Part shown: positions 36,001 through 51,000 of the stretch, piece by piece
How positions within the stretch are numbered: the first letter of the stretch is position 1
Layout of the letters: the number at the start of each line of letters is the position of its first letter
NCBI GenBank assembly: GCA_964016885.1
Contig: OZ024757.1
Span: 3,968,001 to 4,032,000, forward strand
From: Eledone cirrhosa
Taxonomy: Eukaryota
Direction: 5' to 3'
DNA: 64,000 nt
Translations under genes and position numbers: made by a program
Notes under the pieces: generated by a model
What the model saw: the letters and a program-made list of their open reading frames with translations, nothing else
Told to the model about the DNA's origin: nothing
The model's database searches: none

Positions 36001-39000
36001 GTTAATCTAACGTAATATATTCTGCTAATCTAACGTAATATATTCTGTTAATCTAACGTAATATATTCTGTTAATCTTACGTAATATATTCTAGTAATCT
36101 AATGGAATATATTCTAGTAAGCTAATGGAATATATTCTGTTAATCTAATGTAATATATTATGTTAATCTAACGTAATATATTATGTTAATCTAACGTAAT
36201 ATGTTCTGGTAATCTTACGTAATATATTCTGTTAATCTAACGTAATATATTCTGTTAATCTAACGTAATATATTCTGGTAATCTAACGTAATATTTTCTG
36301 GTAATCTAACGTAATATATTCTGTTAATCTAAGGTAATATATTCTGGTAATCTAACGTAATATATTCTAGTAATCTAATGGAATATATTCTGGTAATCTA
36401 ACGTAATATATTCTGTTAATCTAACGGAATATATTCTGTTAATCTAACGGAATATATTCTGCTAATCTAACGTAATATATTCTGTTAATCTAACGTAATA
36501 TATTCTGCTAATCTAACGTAATATATTCTGTTAATCTAACGTAATATATTCTGTTAATCTTACGTAATATATTCTAGTAATCTAATGGAATATATTCTAG
36601 TAAGCTAATGGAATATATACTAGTAATCTAATGTAATATATTATGTTAATCTAACGGAATATATTCTAGTAATCCAATGGAATATATTCTGGTAATCTAA
36701 CGGAATATATTCTAGTAATCTAATGGAATATATTCTGGTAATCTAACGGAATATATTATGTTAATCTAATGGAATATATTCTGCTAATCTAACGTAATAT
36801 ATTCTGGTAATCTAACGGAATATTTTCTAGTAATCTAATGGAATATATTCTTGTAATCTAACGCAATATATTCTGTTAATCTAACGTAATATATTCTGTT
36901 AATCTAACGTAATATATTCTGTTAATCTAATGGAATATATTCTGTTCATCTAATGGAATATATTCTGTTAATCTAATGTAATATGTTCTGTTAATCTAAC
37001 ATATATAATCTGTTAAACTAACGTATTATATTCTGGTAATGTAACGTAATATATTCTGTTAATCTAACGGAATACATTCTGTTTATCTAACGTAATATAT
37101 TCTAGTAATCTAATGGAATATATTTTGTTAATCTAACGGAATATATCCTGTTAATCTAACGTAATATATTCTGTTAATCTAACGTAATATATTCTGGTAA
37201 TCTTAAGTAAAATATTCTGTTAATCTAACGTAATATATTCTGTTAATCTAATGTAATATATTCTGCTAATCTAACGTAATGTATTCTGTTAATCTAACGT
37301 AATATATTCTGGTAATCTAACGGAATATATTCTAGTAATCTAATGGAATATATTCTGTTAATCTAAAGGAATACATTATGTCAATCTCATGGAATATATT
37401 CTGTTAATCTAATGTAATATATTATGTTAATCTAATGGAATAAATTCTGTTAATATAACGGAATATATTCTGTTAATCTAAGGTAATATATTGGCTAATC
37501 TAACGTAATATATTCTGTTAATCTAACGTAATATATTCTGCTAATCTAACGTAATATATTCTGCTAATCTAAAGTAATATATTCTGTTAATCTAACGTAA
37601 TATATTCTCGTAATCTAACGTAATACATTCTGGTAATCTAACGTAATATATTCTGCTAATCTAACGTAATATATTCTGTTAATCTAACGTAATATATTCT
37701 GTTAATCTAACGTAATATATTCTGCTAATCTAACGTAATATATTCTGTTAATCTAAAGTAATATATTCTGTTAATCTTACGTAATATATTCTAGTAATCT
37801 AATGGAATATATTCTAGTAAGCTAATGGAATATATACTAGTAATCTAATGGAATATATTCTGTTAATCTACCGGAATACATTATGTTAATCTAATGGAAT
37901 ATATTCTGTTAATCTAATGTAATATATTATGTTAATCTAACGTAATATATTATGTTAATCTAACGTAATATATTCTGGTAATCTTACGTAATATATTCTG
38001 TTAATCTAACGTAATATATTCTGTTAATCTAACGTAATATATTCTGGTAATCTAACGTAATATATTCTGTTAATCTAACGGAATATATTCTGTTAATCTA
38101 ACGGAATATATTCTGCTAATCTAACGTAATATATTCTGTTAATCTAACGTAATATATTCTGCTCATCTAACGGAATATATTCTGCTAATCTAATGAAATA
38201 TATTCTGTTAATCTAACGTAATATATTCTAGTAATCTAATGGAATATATTCTAGTAATCCAATGGAATATATTCTGGTAATCTAACGGAATATATTCTAG
38301 TAATCTAATGGAATATATTCTGGTAATCTAACGGAATATATTATGTTAATCTAATGGAATATATTCTGCTAATCTAACGTAATATATTCTGGTAATCTAA
38401 CGGAATATTTTCTAGTAATCTAATGGAATATATTCTTGTAATCTAACGGAATATATTCTGTTAATCTAACGGAATACATTATGTTAATCTAATGGAATAT
38501 ATTCTGTTAATCTAATGTAATATATTATGTTAATCTAATGGAATATATTCTGTTAATCTAAAGGAATATTTTCTGTTAATCTAACGTAATAAATTCGGCT
38601 AATCTAACGTAATATATTCTGTTAATCTAACGTAATATATTCTGTTAATCTAATGGAATATATTCTGTTCATCTAATGGAATATATTCTGTTAATCTAAT
38701 GTAATATGTTCTGTTAATCTAACATATATAATCTGTTAAACTAACGTAATATATTCTGGTAATGTAACGTAATATATTCTGTTAATCTAACGGAATACAT
38801 TCTGTTTATCTAACGTAATATATTCTAGTAATCTAATGGAATATATTTTGTTAATCTAACGGAATATATCCTGTTAATCTAACGTAATATATTCTGTTAA
38901 TCTAACGTAATATATTCTGGTAATCTTAATTAAAATATTCTGTTAATCTAACGTAATATATTCTGTTAATCTAACGTAATATATTCTGCTAATCTAACGT

Positions 39001-42000
39001 AATGTATTCTGTTAATCTAACGTAATATATTCTGGTAATCTAACGGAATATATTCTAGTAATCTAATGGAATATATTCTGTTAATCTAAAGGAATACATT
39101 ATGTTAATCTCATGGAATATATTCTGTTAATCTAATGTAATATATTATGTTAATCTAATGGAATAAATTTTGTTAATATAACGGAATATATTCTGTTAAT
39201 CTAACGTAATATATTTGCTTAATCTATCGTAATATATTCTGTTAATCTAACGTAATATATTCTGCTAATCTAACGTAATATATTCTGCTAATCTAAAGTA
39301 ATATATTCTGTTAATCTAACGTAATATATTCTCGTAATCTAACGTAATACATTCTGGTAATCTAACGTAATATATTCTGCTAATCTAACGTAATATATTC
39401 TGTTAATCTAACGTGATATATTCTGTTAATCTAACGTAATATATTCTGCTAATCTAACGTAATATATTCTGTTAATCTAACGTAATATATTCTGGTAATG
39501 TTACGTAATATATTCTGTTAATCTAACGTAATATATTTTGTTAATCTAACGTAATATATTCTGTTAATCTAACGTAATGTATTCTGGTAATCTAACATAA
39601 TATATTCTGGTAATCTAACGTAATATTTTCTGCTAATCTAACGTAATATATTCTAGTAATCTAACGGAATATATTCTGTTAATCTAACGGAATATATTCT
39701 GCTAATCTAACGTAATATATTCTGTTAATCTAACGTAATATATTCTGCTCATCTAACGTAATATATTCTGCTAATCTAATGAAATATATTCTGTTAATCT
39801 AACGAAATATATTCTAGTAATCTAATGGAATATATTCTAGTAATCCAATGGAATATATTCTGGTAATCTAACGGAATATATTCTAGTAATCTAATGGAAT
39901 ATATTCTGGTAATCTAACGGAATATATTATGTTAATCTAATGGAATATATTCTGCTAATCTAGCGTAATATATTCTGTTAATCTAACGTAATATATTCTA
40001 GTAATCTAATGGAATATATTCTGTTAATCTAACGTAATATATTCTGTTAATCTAACGTAATATATTCTGTTAATCTAACGTAATATATTCTGTTAATCTA
40101 ACGTAATATATTCTGGTAATCTAACGTAATATATTCTGCTAATCTAACGTAATATATTCTGTTAATCTAACGTAATATATTCTGTTAATTTAACGTAATA
40201 TATTCTGGTAATCTAACGTAATATATTCTAGTAATCTAATGAAATATATTCTGGTAATCTAACGTAATATATTCTGTTAATCTAACGGAATACATTCTGT
40301 TAATCTACCGGAATACATTCTGTTAATCTAATGGAATATATTCTGTTAATCTAACGGAATACATTCTGTTAATCTAATGGAATATATTCTGTTAATCTAA
40401 CGTAATATATTCTGTTAATCTAACGGAATACATTCTGTTAATCTAACGTAATACATTCTGTTAATCTAATGGAATATATTCTGTTAATCTAACGTAATAT
40501 ATTCTGGTAATGTTACGTAATATATTCTGTTAATCTAACGTAATATATTTTGTTAATCTAACGTAATATATTCTGTTAATCTAACGTAATGTATTCTGGT
40601 AATCTAACATAATATATTCTGGTAATCTAACGTAATATTTTCTGTTAATCTAACGTAATATATTCTGGTAATCTAACGTAATATATTCTAGTAATCTAAT
40701 GGAAAATATTCTAGTAATCTAACGTAATATATTCTGTTAATCTAACGGAATATATTCTGTTAATCTAACGGAATATATTCTGCTAATCTAACGTAATATA
40801 TTCTGTTAATCTAACGTAATATATTCTGCTAATCTAACGTAATGTATTCTGTTAATCTAACGTAATATATTCTGGTAATCTAACGGAATATATTCTAGTA
40901 ATCTAATGGAATATATTCTGTTAATCTAAAGGAATACATTATGTCAATCTCATGGAATATATTCTGTTAATCTAATGTAATATATTATGTTAATCTAATG
41001 GAATAAATTCTGTTAATATAACGGAATATATTCTGTTAATCTAAGGTAATATATTGGCTAATCTAACGTAATATATTCTGTTAATCTAACGTAATATATT
41101 CTGCTAATCTAACGTCATATATTCTGCTAATCTAAAGTAATATATTCTGTTAATCTAACGTAATATATTCTCGTAATCTAACGTAATACATTCTGGTAAT
41201 CTAACGTAATATATTCTGCTAATCTAACGTAATATATTCTGTTAATCTAACGTAATATATTCTGTTAATCTAACGTAATATATTCTGCTAATCTAACGTA
41301 ATATATTCTGTTAATCTAAAGTAATATATTCTGTTAATCTTACGTAATATATTCTAGTAATCTAATGGAATATATTCTAGTAAGCTAATGGAATATATAC
41401 TAGTAATCTAATGGAATATATTCTGTTAATCTACCGGAATACATTATGTTAATCTAATGGAATATATTCTGTTAATCTAATGTAATATATTATGTTAATC
41501 TAACGTAATATATTATGTTAATCTAACGTAATATATTCTGGTAATCTTACGTAATATATTCTGTTAATCTAACGTAATATATTCTGTTAATCTAACGTAA
41601 TATATTCTGGTAATCTAACGTAATATATTCTGTTAATCTAACGGAATATATTCTGTTAATCTAACGGAATATATTCTGCTAATCTAACGTAATATATTCT
41701 GTTAATCTAACGTAATATATTCTGCTCATCTAACGGAATATATTCTGCTAATCTAATGAAATATATTCTGTTAATCTAACGTAATATATTCTAGTAATCT
41801 AATGGAATATATTCTAGTAATCCAATGGAATATATTCTGGTAATCTAACGGAATATATTCTAGTAATCTAATGGAATATATTCTTGTAATCTAACGGAAT
41901 ATATTCTGTTAATCTAACGGAATACATTATGTTAATCTAATGGAATATATTCTGTTAATCTAATGTAATATATTATGTTAATCTAATGGAATATATTCTG

Positions 42001-45000
42001 TTAATCTAAAGGAATATTTTCTGTTAATCTAACGTAATAAATTCGGCTAATCTAACGTAATATATTCTGTTAATCTAACGTAATATATTCTGTTAATCTA
42101 ATGGAATATATTCTGTTCATCTAATGGAATATATTCTGTTAATCTAATGTAATATATTCTGTTAATCTAACATATATAATCTGTTAAACTAACGTAATAT
42201 ATTCTGGTAATGTAACGTAATATATTCTGTTAATCTAACGGAATACATTCTGTTTATCTAACGTAATATATTCTAGTAATCTAATGGAATATATTTTGTT
42301 AATCTAACGGAATATATCCTGTTAATCTAACGTAATATATTCTGTTAATCTAACGTAATATATTCTGGTAATCTTAATTAAAATATTCTGTTAATCTAAC
42401 GTAATATATTCTGTTAATCTAACGTAATATATTCTGCTAATCTAACGTAATGTATTCTGTTAATCTAACGTAATATATTCTGGTAATCTAACGGAATATA
42501 TTCTAGTAATCTAATGGAATATATTCTGTTAATCTAAAGGAATACATTATGTTAATCTCATGGAATATATTCTGTTAATCTAATGTAATATATTATGTTA
42601 ATCTAATGGAATAAATTTTGTTAATATAACGGAATATATTCTGTTAATCTAACGTAATATATTTGCTTAATCTATCGTAATATATTCTGTTAATCTAACG
42701 TAATATATTCTGCTAATCTAACGTAATATATTCTGCTAATCTAAAGTAATATATTCTGTTAATCTAACGTAATATATTCTCGTAATCTAACGTAATACAT
42801 TCTGGTAATCTAACGTAATATATTCTGCTAATCTAACGTAATATATTCTGTTAATCTAACGTGATATATTCTGTTAATCTAACGTAATATATTTTGTTAA
42901 TCTAACGTAATATATTCTGTTAATCTAACGTAATGTATTCTGGTAATCTAACATAATATATTCTGGTAATCGAACGTAATATTTTCTGTTAATCTAACGT
43001 AATATATTCTAGTAATCTAACGGAATATATTCTGTTAATCTAACGGAATATATTCTGCTAATCTAACGTAATATATTCTGTTAATCTAACGTAATATATT
43101 CTGCTCATCTAACGTAATATATTCTGCTAATCTAATGAAATATATTCTGTTAATCTAACGAAATATATTCTAGTAATCTAATGGAATATATTCTAGTAAT
43201 CCAATGGAATATATTCTGGTAATCTAACGGAATATATTCTAGTAATCTAATGGAATATATTCTGGTAATCTAACGGAATATATTATGTTAATCTAATGGA
43301 ATATATTCTGCTAATCTAGCGTAATATATTCTGTTAATCTAACGTAATATATTCTAGTAATCTAATGGAATATATTCTGTTAATCTAACGTAATATATTC
43401 TGTTAATCTAACGTAATATATTCTGTTAATCTAACGTAATATATTCTGTTAATCTAACGTAATATATTCTGGTAATCTAACGTAATATATTCTGCTAATC
43501 TAACGTAATATATTCTGTTAATCTAACGTAATATATTCTGTTAATTTAACGTAATATATTCTGGTAATCTAACGTAATATATTCTAGTAATCTAATGAAA
43601 TATATTCTGGTAATCTAACGTAATATATTCTGTTAATCTAACGGAATACATTCTGTTAATCTACCGGAATACATTCTGTTAATCTAATGGAATATATTCT
43701 GTTAATCTAACGGAATACATTCTGTTAATCTAATGGAATATATTCTGTTAATCTAACGTAATATATTCTGTTAATCTAACGGAATACATTCTGTTAATCT
43801 AACGTAATACATTCTGTTAATCTAATGGAATATATTCTGTTAATCTAACGTAATATATTCTGGTAATGTTACGTAATATATTCTGTTAATCTAACGTAAT
43901 ATATTTTGTTAATCTAACGTAATATATTCTGTTAATCTAACGTAATGTATTCTGGTAATCTAACATAATATATTCTGGTAATCTAACGTAATATTTTCTG
44001 TTAATCTAACGTAATATATTCTGGTAATCTAATGTAATATATTCTAGTAATCTAATGGAAAATATTCTGGTAATCTAACGTAATATATTCTGTTAATCTA
44101 ACGGAATATATTCTGTTAATCTAACGGAATATATTCTGCTAATCTAACGTAATATATTCTGTTAATCTAACGTAATATATTCTGCTCATCTAACGTAATA
44201 TATTCTGCTAATCTAATGAAATATATTCTGTTAATCTAACGTAATATATTCTAGTAATCTAATGGAATATATTCTAGTAATCCAATGGAATATATTCTGG
44301 TAATCTAACGGAAATATATTCTAGTAATCTAATGGAATATATTCTGGTAATCTAACGGAATATATTATGTTAATCTAATGGAATATATTCTGCTAATCTA
44401 ACGTAATATATTCTGTTAATCTAACGTAATATATTCTAGTAATCTAATGGAATATATTCTGTTAATCTAACGTAATATATTCTGTTAATCTAACGTAATA
44501 TATTCTGTTAATCTAACGTAATATATTCTGTTAATCTAACGTAATATATTCTGGTAATCTAACGTAATATATTCTGCTAATCTAACGTAATATATTCTGT
44601 TAATCTAACGTAATATATTCTGTTAATTTAACGTAATATATTCTGGTAATCTAACGTAATATATTCTAGTAATCTAATGAAATATATTCTGGTAATCTAA
44701 CGTAATATATTCTGTTAATCTAACGGAATACATTCTGTTAATCTACCGGAATACATTCTGTTAATCTAATGGAATATATTCTGTTAATCTAACGGAATAC
44801 ATTCTGTTAATCTAATGGAATATATTCTGTTAATCTAACGTAATATATTCTGTTAATCTAACGGAATACATTCTGTTAATCTAACGTAATACATTCTGTT
44901 AATCTAATGGAATATATTCTGTTAATCTAACGTAATATATTCTGTTAATCTAACGTAATACATTCTGGTAACCTAACGTAATATATTCTGCTAATCTAAC

Positions 45001-48000
45001 GTAATATATTCTGTTAATCTAACGGAATATATTATGCTAATCTAACGTAATATATTCTGTTAATCTAACGTAATATATTCTGCTCATCTAACGTAATATA
45101 TTCTGTTAATCTAACGTAATATATTCTAGTAATCTAATGGAATATATTCTAGTAATCTAATGGAATATATTCTGGTAATCTAACGGAATATATTATGTTA
45201 ATCTAATGTAATATATTCTGCTAATCTAACGTAATATATTCTTTTAATCTAACGTAATATATTCTAGTAATCTAATGGAATATATTCTGTTAATCTAACG
45301 GAATATATTCTGTTAATCTAACGTAATATATTCTGTTAATCTAACGTAATATATTCTGCTAATCTAACGTAATATATTCTGTTAATCTAACGTAATATAT
45401 TCTGTTAATCTTACGTAATATATTCTAGTAATCTAATGGAATATATTCTAGTAAGCTAATGGAATATATTCTGTTAATCTAATGTAATATATTATGTTAA
45501 TCTAACGTAATATATTATGTTAATCTAACGTAATATGTTCTGGTAATCTTACGTAATATATTCTGTTAATCTAACGTAATATATTCTGTTAATCTAACGT
45601 AATATATTCTGGTAATCTAACGTAATATTTTCTGGTAATCTAACGTAATATATTCTGTTAATCTAAGGTAATATATTCTGGTAATCTAACGTAATATATT
45701 CTAGTAATCTAATGGAATATATTCTGGTAATCTAACGTAATATATTCTGTTAATCTAACGGAATATATTCTGTTAATCTAACGGAATATATTCTGCTAAT
45801 CTAACGTAATATATTCTGTTAATCTAACGTAATATATTCTGCTAATCTAACGTAATATATTCTGTTAATCTAACGTAATATATTCTGTTAATCTTACGTA
45901 ATATATTCTAGTAATCTAATGGAATATATTCTAGTAAGCTAATGGAATATATACTAGTAATCTAATGTAATATATTATGTTAATCTAACGGAATATATTC
46001 TAGTAATCCAATGGAATATATTCTGGTAATCTAACGGAATATATTCTAGTAATCTAATGGAATATATTCTGGTAATCTAACGGAATATATTATGTTAATC
46101 TAATGGAATATATTCTGCTAATCTAACGTAATATATTCTGGTAATCTAACGGAATATTTTCTAGTAATCTAATGGAATATATTCTTGTAATCTAACGCAA
46201 TATATTCTGTTAATCTAACGTAATATATTCTGTTAATCTAACGTAATATATTCTGTTAATCTAATGGAATATATTCTGTTCATCTAATGGAATATATTCT
46301 GTTAATCTAATGTAATATGTTCTGTTAATCTAACATATATAATCTGTTAAACTAACGTATTATATTCTGGTAATGTAACGTAATATATTCTGTTAATCTA
46401 ACGGAATACATTCTGTTTATCTAACGTAATATATTCTAGTAATCTAATGGAATATATTTTGTTAATCTAACGGAATATATCCTGTTAATCTAACGTAATA
46501 TATTCTGTTAATCTAACGTAATATATTCTGGTAATCTTAAGTAAAATATTCTGTTAATCTAACGTAATATATTCTGTTAATCTAATGTAATATATTCTGC
46601 TAATCTAACGTAATGTATTCTGTTAATCTAACGTAATATATTCTGGTAATCTAACGGAATATATTCTAGTAATCTAATGGAATATATTCTGTTAATCTAA
46701 AGGAATACATTATGTTAATCTCATGGAATATATTCTGTTAATCTAATGTAATATATTATGTTAATCTAATGGAATAAATTCTGTTAATATAACGGAATAT
46801 ATTCTGTTAATCTAAGGTAATATATTGGCTAATCTAACGTAATATATTCTGTTAATCTAACGTAATATATTCTGCTAATCTAACGTAATATATTCTGCTA
46901 ATCTAAAGTAATATATTCTGTTAATCTAACGTAATATATTCTCGTAATCTAACGTAATACATTCTGGTAATCTAACGTAATATATTCTGCTAATCTAACG
47001 TAATATATTCTGTTAATCTAACGTAATATATTCTGTTAATCTAACGTAATATATTCTGCTAATCTAACGTAATATATTCTGTTAATCTAAAGTAATATAT
47101 TCTGTTAATCTTACGTAATATATTCTAGTAATCTAATGGAATATATTCTAGTAAGCTAATGGAATATATACTAGTAATCTAATGGAATATATTCTGTTAA
47201 TCTACCGGAATACATTATGTTAATCTAATGGAATATATTCTGTTAATCTAATGTAATATATTATGTTAATCTAACGTAATATATTATGTTAATCTAACGT
47301 AATATATTCTGGTAATCTTACGTAATATATTCTGTTAATCTAACGTAATATATTCTGTTAATCTAACGTAATATATTCTGGTAATCTAACGTAATATTTT
47401 CTGGTAATCTAACGTAATATATTCTGTTAATCTAACGTAATATATTCTGGTAATCTAACGTAATATATTCTAGTAATCTAATGGAATATATTCTGGTAAT
47501 CTAACGTAATATATTCTGTTAATCTAACGGAATATATGCTGTTAATCTAACGGAATATATTCTGCTAATCTAACGTAATATATTCTGTTAATCTAACGTA
47601 ATATATTCTGCTAATCTAACGTAATGTATTCTGTTAATCTAACGTAATATATTCTGTTAATCTTACGTAATATATTCTAGTAATCTAATGGAATATATTC
47701 TAGTAAGCTAATGGAATATATACTAGTAATCTAATGGAATATATTCTGTTAATCTACCGGAATACATTATGTTAATCGAATGGAATATATTCTGTTAATC
47801 TAATGTAATATATTATGTTAATCTAACGGAATATATTCTAGTAATCCAATGGAATATATTCTGGTAATCTAACGGAATATATTCTAGTAATCTAATGGAA
47901 TATATTCTGGTAATCTAACGGAATATATTATGTTAATCTAATGGAATATATTCTGCTAATCTAACATAATATATTCTGGTAATCTAACGGAATATTTTCT

Positions 48001-51000
48001 AGTAATCTAATGGAATATATTCTTGTAATCTAACGGAATATATTCTGTTAACCTAACGGAATACATTATGTTAATCTAATGGAATATATTCTGTTAATCT
48101 AATGTAATATATTATGTTAATCTAATGGAATATATTCTGTTAATCTAAAGGAATATTTTCTGTTAATCTAACGTAATAAATTCGGCTAATCTAACGTAAT
48201 ATATTCTGTTAATCTAACGGAATATATTCTGTTAATCTAACGGAATATATTCTGCTAATCTAACGTAATATATTCTGTTAATCTAACGTAATATATTCTG
48301 CTAATCTAACGTAATATATTCTGTTAATCTAACGTAATATATTCTGTTAATCTTACGTAATATATTCTAGTAATCTAATGGAATATATTCTAGTAAGCTA
48401 ATGGAATATATACTAGTAATCTAATGGAATATATTCTGTTAATCTACCGGAATACATTATGTTAATCTAATGGAATATATTCTGTTAATCTAATGTAATA
48501 TATTATGTTAATCTAACGTAATATATTATGTTAATCTAACGTAATATATTCTGGTAATCTTACGTAATATATTCTGTTAATCTAACGTAATATATTCTGG
48601 CAATCTAACGTAATATTTTCTGGTAATCTAACGTAATATATTCTGTTAATCTAACGTAATATATTCTGGTAATCTAACGTAATATATTCTAGTAATCTAA
48701 TGGAATATATTCTGGTAATCTAACGTAATATATTCTGTTAATCTAACGGAATATATTCTGTTAATCTAACGGAATATATTCTGCTAATCTAACGTAATAT
48801 ATTCTGTTAATCTAACGTAATATATTCTGCTCATCTAACGTAATATATTCTGCTAATATAACGTAATATATTCTGTTAATCTAACGTAATATATTCTAGT
48901 TATCTAATGGAATATATTCTAGTAATCTAATGGAATATATTCTAGTAAGCTAATGGAATATATTCTGGTAATCTAACGGAATATATTCTAGTAATCTTAT
49001 GGAATATATTATGCTAATCTAACGTAATATATTCTGTTAATCTAACGTAATATATTCTGCTAATCTAACGTAATATATTCTGTTAATCTAACGTAATATA
49101 TTCTGTTAATCTTACGTAATATATTCTAGTAATCTAATGGAATATATTCTAGTAAGCTAATGGAATATATACTAGTAATCTAATGGAATATATTCTGTTA
49201 ATCTACCGGAATACATTATGTTAATCTAATGGAATATATTCTGTTAATCTAATGTAATATATTATGTTAATCTAACGTAATATATTATGTTTATCTAACG
49301 TAATATATTCTGGTAATCTTACGTAATATATTCTGTTAATCTAACGTAATATATTCTGTTAATCTAACGTAATATATTCTGGCAATCTAACGTAATATTT
49401 TCTGGTAATCTAACGTAATATATTCTGTTAATCTAACGTAATATATTCTGGTAATCTAACGTAATATATTCTAGTAATCTAATGGAATATATTCTGGTAA
49501 TCTAACGTAATATATTCTGTTAATCTAACGGAATATATTCTGTTAATCTAACGGAATATATTCTGCTAATCTAACGTAATATATTCTGTTAATCTAACGT
49601 AATATATTCTGCTCATCTAACGTAATATATTCTGCTAATCTAACGTAATATATTCTGTTAATCTAACGTAATATATTCTAGTTATCTAATGGAATATATT
49701 CTAGTAATCTAATGGAATATATTCTAGTAAGCTAATGGAATATATTCTGGTAATCTAACGGAATATATTCTAGTAATCTTATGGAATATATTATGGTAAT
49801 CTGACGGAATATGTTATGTTAATCTAATGGAATATATTCTGCTAATCTAACGTAATACATTATGTTAATCTAACGTAATATATTCTATTAATCTAATGGA
49901 ATAGATTCTGTTAATCTAACGGAATATATTCTGGTAATCTAACGTAATATATTCTGGTAATCTAACGTAATATATTCTGCTAATCTAACGTAATATATTC
50001 TGTTAATCTAACGTAATATATTCCGTTAATCTAACGTAATATATTCTGCTAATCTAACGTAATATATTCTGTTAATCTAACGTAATATATTCTGTTAATC
50101 TTTCGTACTATATTCTGTTAATCTAACGTAATATATTCTGTTAATCTAACGTAATATATTCTGCTAATCTAACGTAATATATTCTGCTAATCTAACGTAA
50201 TATATTCTAGTAATCTAACGTAATATATTCTGGTAATCCTACGTAATATATTCTGTTAATCTAACGTAATATATTCTGTTAATCTAACATAATATATTCT
50301 GTTAATCCAACGGAATATATTCTGCTAATCTAACGTAATATATTCTGTTAATCTAACGTAATATATCTGGTAATCTTACGTAATATATTCTGTTAATCTA
50401 ACGTAATATATTCTGTTAATCTAACATAATATATTCTGCTAATCTAACGTAATATATTCTCGTAATCTAACGTAATATATTTTGTTAATCTAACGTAATA
50501 TATTCTGGTAATCTAATGTAATATATTCTAGTAATCTAATGAAATATAGTCTGGTAATATAACGTAATATATTCTGTTAATCTAACGGAATACATTCTGT
50601 TAATCTAACGGAATACATTCTGTTAATCTAATGGAATATATTCTGTTAATCTAACGGAATACATTCTGTTAATCTAACGTAATACATTCTGTTAATCTAA
50701 CGGAATATATTCTTCTAATCTAACGTAATATATTCTGTTAATCTAACGTAATATATTCTGCTCATCTAACGTAATATATTCTGCTAATCTAACGTAATAT
50801 ATTCTGTTAATCTAACGCAATATATTCTAGTTATCTAATGGAATATATTCTAGTAATCTAATGGAATATATTCTAGTATTCTAATGGAATATATTCTGGT
50901 AATCTAACGGAATATATTCTAGTAATCTTATGGAATATATTATGGTAATCTGACGGAATATGTTATGTTAATCTAATGGAATATATTCTGCTAATCTAAC

